Numbered from the stretch's first letter, positions 1 to 13,936 are shown. The stretch is 64,000 nucleotides of DNA from Octopus vulgaris (GCA_951406725.2 OX597825.1:80848001-80912000); one strand, 5' to 3'. Notes: generated by a model not told the origin, from the sequence alone. Program-made: numbers and translations.

Positions 1-65
1 ATATATATATGTATGTATGTATGTGCGTGTGTGTGGGTGTGTGTGTGTACCACTGAACCCAACAT

Positions 66-216
66 GTTTTTTTTCATTCTCTCTCTATTTCTTCTTATTT
101 CTTTCTATCGAAGAGCGTAGGTTCGAAAGGTAAAAGACTTTTCCATTTTTGTCGAGTGTCAAACACTTGCTCGTTGTTCCTATACATGCCTTCGACCTTG
201 GTTTTCTATAAATTTG

Positions 217-220
<4 letters not shown>
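66..220 (+). mobile_element. Short hammerhead-bearing repeat, family E1 (Penelope pLTR/retrozyme-like), degenerate copy ending in (TA)n
   Basis: ctttCTATCGAagagcgtaggttcGAAAggtaaaag at 101-136. The downstream body matches the E1 copies at 10100, 17805 and 33170 and runs directly into (TA)n at 220. Confidence 0.7.
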
Positions 221-299
<79 letters not shown>

Positions 300-331
300 C
301 ATACATATATATACATATACATACATATATA

Positions 332-374
<43 letters not shown>

Positions 375-460
375 GCACACACTCACACACATATATAACC
401 CTGTATATATACCCTGGAAACTTGCATCATATGTGCGTATGTTTGTGTGTGTCTGAATAT

Positions 461-689
461 TTTTTTATTCCCTACAAGTGGATAAACATAGAGGGAACAA
501 ACAAGGACAGACAAAGGGATTAAGTCGATTACATCGACCCCAGTGTGTAACTGGTAATTAATTTATCGATCCCGAAAGGATGAAAGGCAAAGTCGACCTC
601 GGCAGAAATTTGAACTCAGAACGTAACGGCAGACGAATTACCGCTAAGCATTTCACCCGGCGTACTAACGATTCTGCCAGCTCGCTGCC
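461..689 (-). mobile_element. SINE family B (tRNA-like head plus Nin/Deu-like domain)
   Basis: The minus strand reads GGCAGCGAGCTGGCAGAATCGTTAG...GAGTTCAAAT (B-box-like)...GCCTTTCATCCTTTCGGGATCGATAAATTAA. It is near-identical to the copies at 6996 and 14391. Confidence 0.85.
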
Positions 690-849
690 CTCTGGGACAC
701 TTGTATTGGTTCTGGAACCAATCAGATCTTGCACTATGCGATTCAGTATCATAACTATTTACTGCATCCGGAGCTTCACTGATTTTCTCAACTCAATATG
801 TCCTCTTGCCTCTCCTACAGCTTTTTCTTCACATGTCTCTCAGCAACTT

Positions 850-1025
850 ATCAGAATGCGACAAGGCTGGCCCTTTTAATTACTGGAACTCATTTTTACC
901 AGCTGAGCGGACTGGAGCAATGTGAAATAAAGTTTCTTGCTTAAGAACACAATGCGTTGCTGGATATCGAACTCATGACCTAGCGATCATAAGCCAAATA
1001 TGCTGAACACTAATCGAAGCGACTT
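850..1025 (-). mobile_element. Diverged SINE family D copy
   Basis: ccagctgagcggactggagcaatgtgaaataaagtttcttgcttaagaacacaa matches the more intact copy at 29603-29853. Confidence 0.65.
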
Positions 1026-1787
1026 CGCGGAAACTGTTTGTAATAGAATTTTACATTCAGCGTTAATCCGTTTAACCCTATCTTTCCAAAACATTTCACA
1101 CAGGGCATTATAGGTTCCATTATGAGAACAGAGAGAGCCTTCCTACAAATAATAGTAGTGGTGGTGGTGGTGGTAGATTTTGACACGGAAGTGAGGTGTG
1201 CGCATGTAATTTAGTATGTTTATGTGTGTGAGTGTGTGTGTATGTGGTTGACATTATGCGTGTCTTACATTAATAGACATATCGTACGCCGAGATATCTA
1301 TGTGAATGACTTAATATATTCTAACAGAGAATAAGAAAATGGTAAAAAGAACCTTAGATCTGTTGTTAACTGTTGAAGAGTGATAAACATGATGGCGTCA
1401 AAGATCCATCCAGGAACTGTCGTTTTTGTAGAGCTTCGGTAATGACTAGTTTTATCTAAATATCTTGGATAGGATTTAAACTGAAGAACTAGAGAAATAT
1501 TCAATTCGAGCGTCTTTTAGATAAAATAGTGAATGCTCTACCGTTGGCGGTAGGCTTCGGTTGCAGTAATTTCACATTTTCCCGCTTATTTTTATCGATA
1601 AAATATAACTGCAGCTACTTGCATTCGTCTAGATGATGGATCTACATGGGTAGACATAAATATATAGATATATCAAATAGAAAGATAGAGAACGAAATAG
1701 ATATATCACTTTGATACATCACATGGATAGATCAGACACACACAAACACACGCACACATGATGGATGTATCTCATAGATAAATATAT

Positions 1788-1839
<52 letters not shown>

Positions 1840-2259
1840 ATATAGATATATAGATAGATATATGAGATAGATAGGGCAGATAGATAAATTGATGAATATG
1901 TGCGGTAATGTATAAAGGCGAATAAATTCGCTTTTATTCTCTTGGTGTAATTACATTTATGACCTGAACTGCACAAATAGATTGCAAGTTCATGGACAGA
2001 AGAAGGATTACTGTTCGTTTCAAATAAAGGTAAAACAACAACCACAACAAATAACTTGGAAATTCTGGTAGCCATGACAGTTGTTTTGATTGCTGGGACC
2101 TGCCATGAAGTCTAACGCTTCGTCCGGTCTTGTCACCTGGATTTGAAGCTAAAAGTAATCACTTTCCCGTCCTGTAATGAATTTAAGCAGTTCGGGCTAT
2201 AAATGTTATTACATTGGGAGAATAATGACGAATTTATTTGCCTTTACAAAGTTGCACAA

Positions 2260-2626
<367 letters not shown>

Positions 2627-2984
2627 ACTCTCTCTCTTTGCTCTGAGGAAGCTATAGGATGTTGCACAAGCACTTATCTGTAAGTGTACTGCTTCTCAAA
2701 GCAGAAACAACTGTAAGCTATTGAAGATGACAGTGTAACTCCTATTGTTTAGTCATTCAATTACTGATATGGGAAATGTTTATCTACAAGAGCAAGGGAT
2801 TTCTTGCCTAGGTTAATTTTAACATTTAGGGAGAAAGGAGCCGTGAACTGTATTATTTTCCTAGGTCTATTTTTAGGTTCCTTTATATTTTATTCAGGAT
2901 TTGTAAAATATGTTATCTTTGAAGCGGTTGTTATTGTAAAGGGCTGCCTTATGAAAGAATGACCATCACGGTCATAAAATATTC

Positions 2985-3465
2985 GTCCTGCGACGATGGG
3001 TTGGGAATAACTCATGGCTGTGATGGTCATACTCTTGATAAATTTAGACAAAAACTCATTAATACCTTCAATCAATTAGGCATCAAAATCACTGATTAGT
3101 ATAATCTGTCCAAACTCAATTTTTAAAGATATTTCCCTAGATTTAAACTCCCGCTCTTAAATACCGTATCATAAGCCAAACAAGATATTCTCACACATAC
3201 TTAAACAATCCTGTTACCCCTGTGTTTAAAAATCTGATAGCTAATATTACTAATAGGATATCAAACCTCATTTCTAAAGAAATACTTGATAAAACATCTC
3301 TCTTCTAGCGGCAACCATTCAAGTAAAAATATAAAACCTAAAATTATAGACTAAAAATAGACTTAAAAATCGACCCAGGAAAATAATGTGGTATGTTCCA
3401 CCTTATCACTAAACTAAGGTAGGTAAGAAATTCCTGGCTCATTTAGATAAGCATTTCTCAAACCA
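2985..3465 (+). mobile_element. Penelope-like element reverse transcriptase fragment (decayed; RT motif C through the thumb/C-terminal region)
   Basis: Manual translation across stops and frameshifts gives sCDDGLGITHGCDGHTLDKFRQKLINTFNQLGIKIT...NF.DISLDLN...PYHKPNK...KQSCYP.VFKNLIANITNRISNL...RPRKIMWYVPPY..TKVGKKFLAHLDKHF. This matches the PLE motifs YRDDGL, NFLDVTLDL and RxIIWFNPPY...VGKxFLxLIDKHF. Confidence 0.8.
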
Positions 3466-3470
3466 TAAGT

Positions 3471-3532
<62 letters not shown>

Positions 3533-3681
3533 CGAGTTTCTGTCTGTTAAATTCACTCACAAGGCTTTGGTCGGCCTGGGGCTACAGCAGAAGATACTTG
3601 ACTAAGGTGCCACACAGTGGGAAAGAACCTGGAATCATGTGGTTGGTAAGCAAGCTGCTTACCACACAGCCACTCCTGCGC
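3533..3681 (-). mobile_element. SINE family A, 5' half
   Basis: The reverse complement reads GCGCAGGAGTGGCTGTGTGGTAAGCAGCTTGCTTACCAACCACATG..., the family A head. Confidence 0.8.
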
Positions 3682-4017
3682 ATATACGCATACATACAGA
3701 CACACATACACATACATAATACATACATACACACATACATATATACGTACACACATACGTACATACAAACATACATATGTACGTACATACCCACATACAT
3801 TCATACAGACGCACATACACGCATACATACACACATACATACATGCGTACATATATGCATACTTACACACATACATATGTACGTACATACACACACATAC
3901 ATACGTACATACACACGCACATACAGACACACATATATACATACTTGTATACATACATATGTACGCACATACACACATACTTACATACGCACATACACAC
4001 ATACATACATACATACA

Positions 4018-4051
<34 letters not shown>

Positions 4052-4297
4052 CGTACATACATACACACGCATACACACATATATACGCATATATATATGC
4101 ACACACATAAATACATACACACATGCACACACATACATTCCTACATGCATACATACATACATACACACATACATACACACATACATACATACATACATAC
4201 ATACATACATACATACATACATACATACATACATACATACATACATACATACATACACACATACATACACACATACATGCATGCATACATGCATACA
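3682..4297. repeat. Degenerate (CATA)n/(CA)n microsatellite tract
   Basis: Seen directly in the sequence. Confidence 0.9.
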
Positions 4298-5370
4298 GTG
4301 AAAGAGAGTGACAGACAGAAAGAGAGGATATATAACGAGAAATAGGAGGAGCAGTGTATGCAAGCATGTTTGAATACTCCGCACTAAATGCGCATTTCTA
4401 TATTTTTACACCTTACATTTATATTTATATTATACGTGGAATTGGCAATAAACTCTGTACAGCTAATAGTTTTCCGCAATAATGTTTTGTTTTCATTTAA
4501 CTAGCAGATTCTTATGTAATATGGCTACAATCGATAGATATTCTGTGTACAGTGACAATATAACTGAATCAGACTACAACATGCCGCCATGATGTAATCA
4601 ATATTTTCCCCTTGTATTACAATCTTGATTAATTTTGTTCGTTCCATTTTCGACTGATTTTCTTTCTATTAAACACTTCTGTTTTACAAAACATTTGGAT
4701 GAATTTCAAGTTTATTTAACAAATAAAGAGGCACAGTTGTTTAAGAAATTTCTAACATATTATTTACTTGTCAAAATTAGTTTTAATATTGAGAAACGAA
4801 ACATAACGAAAAACAAAATTCCATCCTCTTATGTCAAAACTTGACAAGTTATATTGATTTATTTACCAGCGTCTGAATTTTAGATGACTTAATATCATAA
4901 ATTAAAGCTTAATTTCTGTGTTTCCATATTTTAAAATTTTATTTTTTACATAATTTTATGCAGAAATAATGTTTTTGTTCGAACTGACAAAACAGTTTTA
5001 TTATTCACAGAAAAGCACGAATTTGTGTTTGGAAATGTATTTATCCGTTCAAAGAACGTTCGTACCACATGTCATTGACCTCTCTTTAATCGTGACTCGA
5101 AAACTCTTCCTCCGGTAGACTTGAATATTACCATAACCGATGTACGGGTCCTGGTGTTATTTTCATTTCATTTCTATCTCCTTAGACATTTCTGTAGATA
5201 TTGCTGTGTGGTTAAGAAGTTCGCTTTACAACCGCGTGCTTTCGGGCTCAGTCCCACTGCGCGGGCAGATGTGTTCTACAATAACTCCTCGGTCCGACTA
5301 ATGTGTTTTGAGTGAATCTGGTAGACGGAAACTAAGCAGGGGTCAGCTAAGTGTCTCGCCTCGTGCTAAA

Positions 5371-5656
5371 TTAGAAATAGACCCTAATGTCTTTTCAACT
5401 ACCATAAAAATCTCCGAGACAATAACACACTTTTTTATGTAGGCAAAAAGAAAAACGATGAATGCACACGACTTCGGTTAACCACAGACGCGTTTCGAAT
5501 TTAAAGTAAATTATATTTATATTTAAATTCGAAATACGTCTGTGGTTAACCGAAGTCGTGTGGATTCATCATTTTTCTTTTTGCCTACATAAAAAAGTGT
5601 GTTATTGTCTCCGAAATTTTTATGGTAGTTGAAAAGACATTAGCGTCTATTTCTAA
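5371..5656. repeat. Long near-perfect palindrome / foldback (arms about 135 bp, spacer about 15 bp)
   Basis: ttagaaatagaccctaatgtcttttcaactaccataaaaa...ttcgaatttaaa is mirrored by tttaaattcgaa...tttttatggtagttgaaaagacattagcgtctatttctaa, with only scattered mismatches. Confidence 0.92.
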
Positions 5657-5741
5657 CTCAGTACATAATTATGTATATAGTTATAGAATGTTTTGTATAA
5701 TTCACCTAAAAAGGTTTTTTAACGTACTGACTACTTACTTT

Positions 5742-6274
<533 letters not shown>

Positions 6275-6356
6275 TTGGTTAAATTATTAATTATTAATTA
6301 ATTAATTCATTCATTTTGCCCTATTTTATTATGATACACACACACACGCACGCACA

Positions 6357-6390
<34 letters not shown>

Positions 6391-6401
6391 AATATAACTT
6401 A

Positions 6402-6578
6402 TCACAGAAATGGCAATGACCCCATTGCTGCTAATAATCCAATTCCACTTTGAGTCTGTACCATTTCTCCATTTGATACATTTTCACTGCAATCATTCAC
6501 GACTTCGTTACTAATGTTATTCAATAAAGCAAGAGCCATCGACAATAGCAAGATAACAATACGGAAATGTTCATTAAA
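6402..6578 (-). CDS. Candidate terminal coding exon of an unidentified gene (58 aa, hydrophobic segments)
   Basis: The minus strand has a pyrimidine tract and acceptor (atttttccccttttag|) followed by an open phase-0 frame FNEHFRIVILLLSMALALLNNISNEVVNDCSENVSNGEMVQTQSGIGLLAAMGSLPFL-TGA in non-repetitive sequence. I do not recognise the family. Confidence 0.45.
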   Translation of the reverse strand, partial: FNEHFRIVILLLSMALALLNNISNEVVNDCSENVSNGEMVQTQSGIGLLAAMGSLPFL

Positions 6579-6943
6579 CTAAAAGGGGAAAAATAGTCAC
6601 TTGTAGAGATTATGCACGGATACGATAAAGCAGACGGAGAGAAAGGGAGAGAGAGAAAGAGGGAGAGAGATGGTAAGAGAAGATAATGGTGAGAATGACA
6701 TTGTAAGGGAAAGACAGGGAAAGTAAATGGAAACGATGGGGTGGGGATAGACACGAAAAAAAAAATAGAGAAATGGTAAGATATGTATTAACGGTGAGAG
6801 AGAAACGGGAAGATCGATTGGAAGGTGGAAAGCGAGAGATTGAGGGAAAAAGAAAAGGATGGTGAAGAGACGAGAAAATTGTGATGCAAGCAGGAAGATA
6901 GAAACGTGTGTGTGTGTTGTGCGTTTGTGCGTGTGTGTGTGTG

Positions 6944-6981
<38 letters not shown>

Positions 6982-6995
6982 AATATATCTATATA

Positions 6996-7227
6996 TATTT
7001 CTTTACTACCCACAAGGGGCCAAACACAGAGGGGACAAACAAGGACAAACAAAGGGATTAAGTCGATTACATCGACCCCAGTGCGAAGCTGGTACTTTAT
7101 TTATCGACACCGAAAGGATGAATGACAAAGTCAACCTCGGTGGAATTTGAAATCAGAACGTAACGGCAGACGAAATACCACTAAGCATTTCGCCCAGCGT
7201 GCTAACGTTTCTGCCAGCTCGCCGCCT
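6996..7227 (-). mobile_element. SINE family B, full length
   Basis: Runs from the GGCGGCGAGCTGGCAGAAACGTTAGCACG head to the ...CCCCTTGTGGGTAGTAAAGAAATA tail and abuts (TA)n. Confidence 0.9.
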
Positions 7228-8000
7228 TCGTTTGCAGAAAAATATTACAAAAGTTGTAGTGGCTTTGGGATATACAGGATATGGCAATAACTTCCCAGAT
7301 TTAGCTTTCTTGGTAAACGTTTCATTAGCAAATGTATGCTGTACACCGGTTCAAACTATGATAGAAGCTATAGAAGACCTTTCCCTTGAGCTCAAACTGG
7401 AAAACGTTATTTAAAGGCAAAGATATTATTACCACTTGTCTAACTTCACTAACGGCTGGGTGGAATTTCTGCTGCAGTTTGTATTTTTCATGTCATAGAT
7501 CTTCTTCACCGCTTGGTCCACATGATAAACACACAACCCAATGTGATAATCGATAAGCCCTACAACGAATATAGATTATACAGCGTAGTATCATATTTTC
7601 GATGGAAATAATTGTTACTCCGGAAAAATTGACATTAGCTTGTGGAGTACATCGGTGTTCAGGAATGCATGAAAGTCACCGAGTCACACACGAATCTTGT
7701 TTCATTTGTTATATAACCAGCGTTACATGCTTCAACAGGAAAATCAATATTTGTTTCCAGAGATAAATAATAATACCAAAGAGAGTGCGTAATCTTTGCG
7801 TTGGGTGAATTGGATGATAGACGGTTTTAATGTTGTAGCAACGAAGTCAGTTTGACTTCTATAACCAAACTCTAACGAATGGCAACATGGAGACAATATC
7901 ATATCGATCATTCTTCCTTCCTTCTGAGAATTACAGCCTTATTCTATATATTATGCAATATTCCGAAGCACGAATGTATGTCCATTATAGCTATGTGGAC

Positions 8001-8098
<98 letters not shown>

Positions 8099-8124
8099 GT
8101 GGGTGTGGGTGTATGTGTGTATGT

Positions 8125-8216
8125 TTGAGATTGTGTGTATAGTGGAATTGCATGTATGCATACACACCTATATACATACAAATAAAGATAAATACGTATA
8201 CATATATACCTATACA

Positions 8217-8270
<54 letters not shown>

Positions 8271-8760
8271 CATACATACAGACATGCATACATATATATA
8301 TATATACGTATATATATATGTGATATATATATATAATGAAATCAGTATACGGACACACATACACATACATCTGGACGCACACACATATATATACATGTAT
8401 AGATACATCTATATTCTTATTTTTATATATGTACATATATATATATCTGTCTATGTGTGTATGTGTATGTGATTGTGTGTGCATAGCAGAATTACATGTA
8501 TATATACACACCTACATACATACATATATAAATAAATACATATACAGACATACGTATATATATATATATATATATATGTACATATATATATATATATGTA
8601 CATATATATATATACATATATATATATATGCATATATATAGTAAAATCAGTATACATACACACACACAGACATCCACACACACACATAGATATATACATA
8701 TATAGATACATCTATATTCTTATTTATCTATATGTAAGTACATATATATTTGTATGTGTG
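8125..8760. repeat. Tandem duplication of a microsatellite-containing unit of about 320 bp
   Basis: The landmarks gaatt(g/a)catgtat...tacacaccta, aaatcagtatac and tagatacatctatattcttattt each occur twice in the same order. Confidence 0.75.
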
Positions 8761-9183
8761 TATGTATGCATATATGCATACGTACATACATACATACACG
8801 CATGCATGCACGCACACTCTCACACACGTTCACAAACATATATATTACACACACACACACACACATACATACACACATATGTATTTAGTAAAATCAGCAT
8901 ATGGAGAAATACCGTATATAGATGATAGTCTACACATGTGCTGACGCGTATGCAAGACCATTTGATGACGTCAGCACTGGCTGGAAGACATATTTCTATA
9001 GATTTAAGTAATGCGCCAGTGAGTGGATATTATTTTAAGATGGCTAAATGTGTGTGAATCCATTAAAAAGTCTGTGTATAAGTGAGTATCAAGAAATATG
9101 TATATCAGTCGTTATCACCCGCATACACACACACACACACGTATAGTACTATAAGCCGATCAAACACAGAACGATACTCTTAA

Positions 9184-9252
<69 letters not shown>

Positions 9253-9265
9253 TATATGTAGGAGA

Positions 9266-9410
9266 GGCGTAAAAGTGGCTGTGTGGTAAATAGCTTGCAT
9301 ACTAACCACATGGTTCCGGGTTCAATCCCACTGCGTGGCACCTTGGGCAAGTGTCTTCTACTGTAGCCTCGTGAGTGGATTTGGTTGATGGAAACTGAAA
9401 GAAACCCGTT

Positions 9411-9468
<58 letters not shown>

Positions 9469-9692
9469 TGTGTGTGTGTGTGTATGTGTTTGTCCTCCCA
9501 CCATCGCTTGACAACTGATGTTCGTGTGTTTACATCACTGTAACATTAGCAATTCGGCAAAAGGGATCGATAGAATAAGTACTAGGCTTACAATAAATAA
9601 ATCCTGGGGTCGATTTGCTCGACTAAAGGCGGTGCTCCAGCATGGCCACAGTCAAATGACTGAAACAAGTAAAAGAGTAAAAGAGTAAAGAG
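9266..9692 (+). mobile_element. SINE family A, full length
   Basis: Head gtggctgtgtggtaaatagcttgc...ggttcaatccc, internal (TA)n, and tail ggcggtgctccagcatggccacagtcaaatgactgaaacaagtaaaagag. Confidence 0.9.
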
Positions 9693-10099
9693 TATATACA
9701 TACACGCATACACATACACACGTACTGCTACACGTCACTTTGCGAGCGAGTATGGATTGGTAGCTCGCTCTTTTAGTTGCTTATGTAACCTAGGGGAGAC
9801 ATTGATACCGTCTTCGCACCATCCCTCTTGACCGAGGCAAATGACGTGAACGTGATGACTAAAGAGATGGTAGGGAGTTGCAAAATGGTTCAGGTCGGGA
9901 CCCTTTTAAAGCTGAGTCAGCGGGAGTAACGTGAAACGGAATGAGTTGCACAAGGACTCAAAGTGTCGCCCGATCGAGAGATTGAACCCACGACCTACGA
10001 TTACGAGCCGAACGTGTCAAGTACCTTCACACATATAAACATACGCCCACATGAAGACACAGAAACACATATATTGTATCTTGTGTACACACACACACG

Positions 10100-10256
10100 C
10101 ATTCTATTTTCTCCCCCTATTTATTTCTGTATTCCTTTCTGTTGAAGAGCGTAGGCTCGAAATGTAAAAGACTTTCTCACCTTCCCTAGCGTTAAACTAA
10201 TACATCTGTTTGTTGTTTACACACTCGTCTTTCGTTTTTTTTGTAAATTCTCACGA
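10100..10256 (+). mobile_element. Family E1 hammerhead-bearing element
   Basis: CTTT-CTGTTGA-A-GAGC-gtag-GCTC-GAAA-TG-TA-AAAG at 10135-10170, followed by the conserved E1 body and a TA-rich tract. Confidence 0.8.
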
Positions 10257-10303
10257 TATATGTATATAAATATATATATACATACATATATATGCATAAA
10301 CAA

Positions 10304-10352
<49 letters not shown>

Positions 10353-11128
10353 GTATATATATATATATATACATATAGACTATATGTATATATAATATGT
10401 GTTTGTACGTGTAAGTGCGCACGTGAGTAAGTCTTTATCTGCAATCGTGCCCTGATGCAATATATCTAACACATACAAGATATCATTGAGTTCGTTCTTT
10501 AGTAAACCGCCATTGTGTTTCTTGACAGATGGCCGTATTATCTTATCGAATCTATTATACACACCCCGACTGACTAAAATGGCTTCCTTTCGACGTCACG
10601 CTCATTATCTCTTCAAGCAATCTTAGACACTTTCTAAGGAAGCAGATTTTGATGTATCGCATGCAGAATATAGAATGGAATATAATACGTATCACTGATT
10701 CGCCTCTTGGAAACCTCTTAGTGACAATATCATGGGAATAATTGCGAAAAGGCGCCATTTATTTCGCTCAAAAGTATTGCTATTCTGTGAAGAAATTACA
10801 GCGCTTTGAATAAAAGCAAGTAGTTTAGAAACTGGTTTTTATGTAATTTATAGAAAGTAGTTGGTATCAAGTGTGTTTTATTCTTTCCCTCTTACTTACC
10901 TCATGTGTCTCCTTATCTTGTCCCTCTTTCCGTTCTTTCTTTCTTTCTTTCTTTCTCAAACGCTTTCAATCATACTGGGTTACACATTAGGAAAATATCA
11001 CTTGCTAAACTCATGGGACGACCAATGCCTTGTGGGTGAATTTGATTGATGGAAACTGTGGAAATCTGTCGTGTACATTTATCATATAATATGTAAACAT
11101 TATCTATCTATCAGTCTGTCTGTCTGTA

Positions 11129-11166
<38 letters not shown>

Positions 11167-11189
11167 TTTCTGTCTGTCTTTCCATAAAG

Positions 11190-11415
11190 TGAGGATTTAC
11201 AAAAAAAAAATCAAACAAAAAACAAGCAAAAAACAAAACAAAAGACGAAGACGGGTGTGTAAACAACAAACAGATGTATTAGCGTAACGCTCGGGAAGTG
11301 AGAAAGTCTTTTACGTTTCGAGCCTACGCTCTTCGACAGAAAGGAACACATAAATAAACAGGGATAGAAAACAGAAAAAGGTTTAGTGGCTAGTGATCTA
11401 TCATAGCGAATGCCG
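11190..11415 (-). mobile_element. Family E1 hammerhead-bearing element
   Basis: The reverse complement matches the E1 body and includes the 5' leader atgatagatcactagccacta. Confidence 0.82.
11308..11343 (-). ncRNA. Minimal type I hammerhead-like motif with variant core CUGUCGA
   Basis: CUUU-CUGUCGA-A-GAGC(guag)GCUC-GAAA-CG-UA^-AAAG. Stem I is CUUU/AAAG, stem II is GAGC/GCUC, and stem III is the palindromic ACGU. Confidence 0.7.
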
Positions 11416-11786
11416 GAGAGAGGGGTCACACTGGAGAGCTTGGAAGAAGGGAAGATAATAAAGTAGTGGTGATGTATACATACATACCTATATAAATAAT
11501 GTATATATGTATGCATACATTCTCGGAATTAGAAACAGTCAATATTAGAATATATCCAGTTGTTACTAAAATATATTTATCCGATATTTTGTGTATTTTC
11601 AGTCGATAAACCCAATTGCAAATCAATATAGCAATGGAAGTATCGAACACCTCATGCTCGTATTTAGCTGCTATAAAAATGGTTTTAATTTTTCAAACTG
11701 AACGATTGGTCTAACTTCACACGTGTATTTTTTTTTTACATAAATTTACGCATACACACACACAGACGCGGACATACACACATATA

Positions 11787-12765
11787 TACCAAGCCTAGCC
11801 AAAAGTTTTTTCGGATTTTCACTGGTGATATTTTGGCAATTTGTATCACCATGTTACATCATTAATTTCATACAACTTCTCCAATCGATACTGAATCGTT
11901 TATTCTTTATTTTCGTTTATAACATATAAACATAAGCTGTTTATTCTTTATTTTACAGCTTTGATAATGCGTCTTGGAAAAATTGCGCTCCCAGTAGAGA
12001 AAAAAAAGAACGACTGGATACAAGGACGGCGGCAAAAGAAATTGATGACGTGGAAGGTCCAGGAACTGTCACTCGATCGTGTGGCAAAAACAAAATTGAT
12101 TAAACGTTTTAAGGAAGGTGACACAATCGTCGAAGACAAACCAGAACGACCTTCTGTTGTGGAAGATGAGGCCTTGTTCGAGATTATTGAACAACAGCCA
12201 AGCACAAGAACTTATACCTTGTCGGTAAAACTTGGTCCTTCACAAAGCATTATTAATCAGCACCTCCATAAGCTCGGCCTCGTGAACAGACGCTGTCGAG
12301 AAGCTCTTCTCGAACTGACCAATGACCATGTTCAAAAACGTGTGTACAAGCCACTGTGTGTACTGTCAACTTTTCAAGCAACTGCTGGTAGCTCCCCGAG
12401 ATCCTTGTTTTTAACTTTAAATTGCAACAGGGGAGGGAAAATGGATCTATTTTCGTAATCGTAAGAAGAGAAACCTGTGGCTTCGTTCCGGCCAGACTTC
12501 AGAATCTATTCTCGGTTTGAACAGGCCATGTTGTATTCTGGGTGGAATTTCGAGGCAGTGTTGCACTTTGAGTTTGCTCCAGATGGCCATGCTGTGAATG
12601 CTAACCATTATGCTCAACAACTGCAGCGAGTGTATTATGCTTTGAAAACCTGCTACTGGGCATTGGTCAGTCGAAGGTACGCACACCCACAGCATAATAA
12701 TGTCTCAGTGCACGCTGCTACTGTGGCCAAGCGCAGACCTGAGGAACTTGAGGAGCGAGTATGAC
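11787..12765 (+). mobile_element. Decayed mariner-like transposon (transposase pseudogene)
   Basis: HTH region KRFKEGD..VEDKP.RPSVVED, a frameshifted remnant of the TGDEKWI motif near 12420-12455, and MLYSGWN...VLHFEF...VNANHYAQQLQR...LVSRR...QHNN (equivalent to HDNARPH). Confidence 0.85.
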
Positions 12766-12833
12766 TGTCAGTTTGTATCTCTCGTTCCTTAGTAGTTCTA
12801 GGTGCATATATATAATTGCAAGCAGTCACATAC

Positions 12834-12907
12834 ATGCCAGCTGGGTGGGGGAGGGGGATAGGCGGGAGGTATGCCAGCTGGGTGGGGGAGGGGGATAGGC
12901 GGGAGGA
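12834..12907 (+). repeat. Exact 37-bp tandem duplication, G-rich (G-quadruplex potential)
   Basis: atgccagctgggtgggggagggggataggcgggagg occurs twice, at 12834 and 12871. Confidence 0.9.
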
Positions 12908-13727
12908 AAGCCGCAACAGCACTAGGCTGGTATTCATTTACACTTGAGCAACAGCAGACTGGTGCCACGAAAAATGAAGTATCTCGCTCAAGGACAGAAC
13001 GTGCTGCCCGGTCTAGGAATCACGCTCACGTCCTTGCGATCATGAATCTGATATCTTAACCACAGGGCCACACAGCTGTATATATATGTACAAAAAGAAG
13101 GCGAAATGTCATATAAATAAAACATAGAAACTATATAAAAATATTGAATGCCTTCATAAAAATTCATGGCGGGTAAATTCTTGATTGTCAACGTAGAGGA
13201 TAATATATTACACAATCTATTTTTACTACATTTATACGCAATTATGCTGACTACAGGAGTTTTTAATATCTGATATTTGAGAAAAACGTATCTTAATGTT
13301 TGTTCTGTCTGTATTACTAATAGATATAAACATAATCTCTAAATCATTAGTAAAAAGAAAATCTTGTATAGAAATAACAGTATATTGGTAAAAGTAATAA
13401 ATACCCAATAGAGTGATAATTTTTTTCGCAGGCGACATATTTTTCGATTTACAATAAAAAAATATAGCAGTGTATTCTGTTTCATAATTTTTCGTCTGCC
13501 ACCATTCGTTGAATAAAGAATTGTTATACAGGAAATAACAGATGGTTCTCTTATGTACATATTTTTTTTTGTTTTCTTTAGATGAGTTATTGCATGATAT
13601 CTAGATAATAGTTGCGCAACTTTATAACTGTGTTTCAATGTCTACTGCTCAATTTTTTAGTAGTAACACTAAATCCACACACCCACACACACACACACAC
13701 ACACACACATATCTATCTATATATATA

Positions 13728-13905
13728 TAGTTGGAATTTACAATAAGAGAAAAAAACAAAAGGCAAAGACAGGTGTGTAAACTACAAACAGGTGTATTAG
13801 TTTAACGTTCGAGAAGGTGAGAAAGTATTTTACGTTTCGTGCCTACGCTCTTCAACAGAAAGAGAGAGAATAAAAAAAACTTAGTCGCTAGCAGTCGATC
13901 ATGTA
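13728..13905 (-). mobile_element. Family E1 hammerhead-bearing element
   Basis: The minus strand reads ctttCTGTTGAagagcgtaggcacGAAACGTAaaat (13827-13862). The 3' end runs into (TA)n. Confidence 0.75.
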
Positions 13906-13936
13906 CATACATACATACATACATACATACATACAT

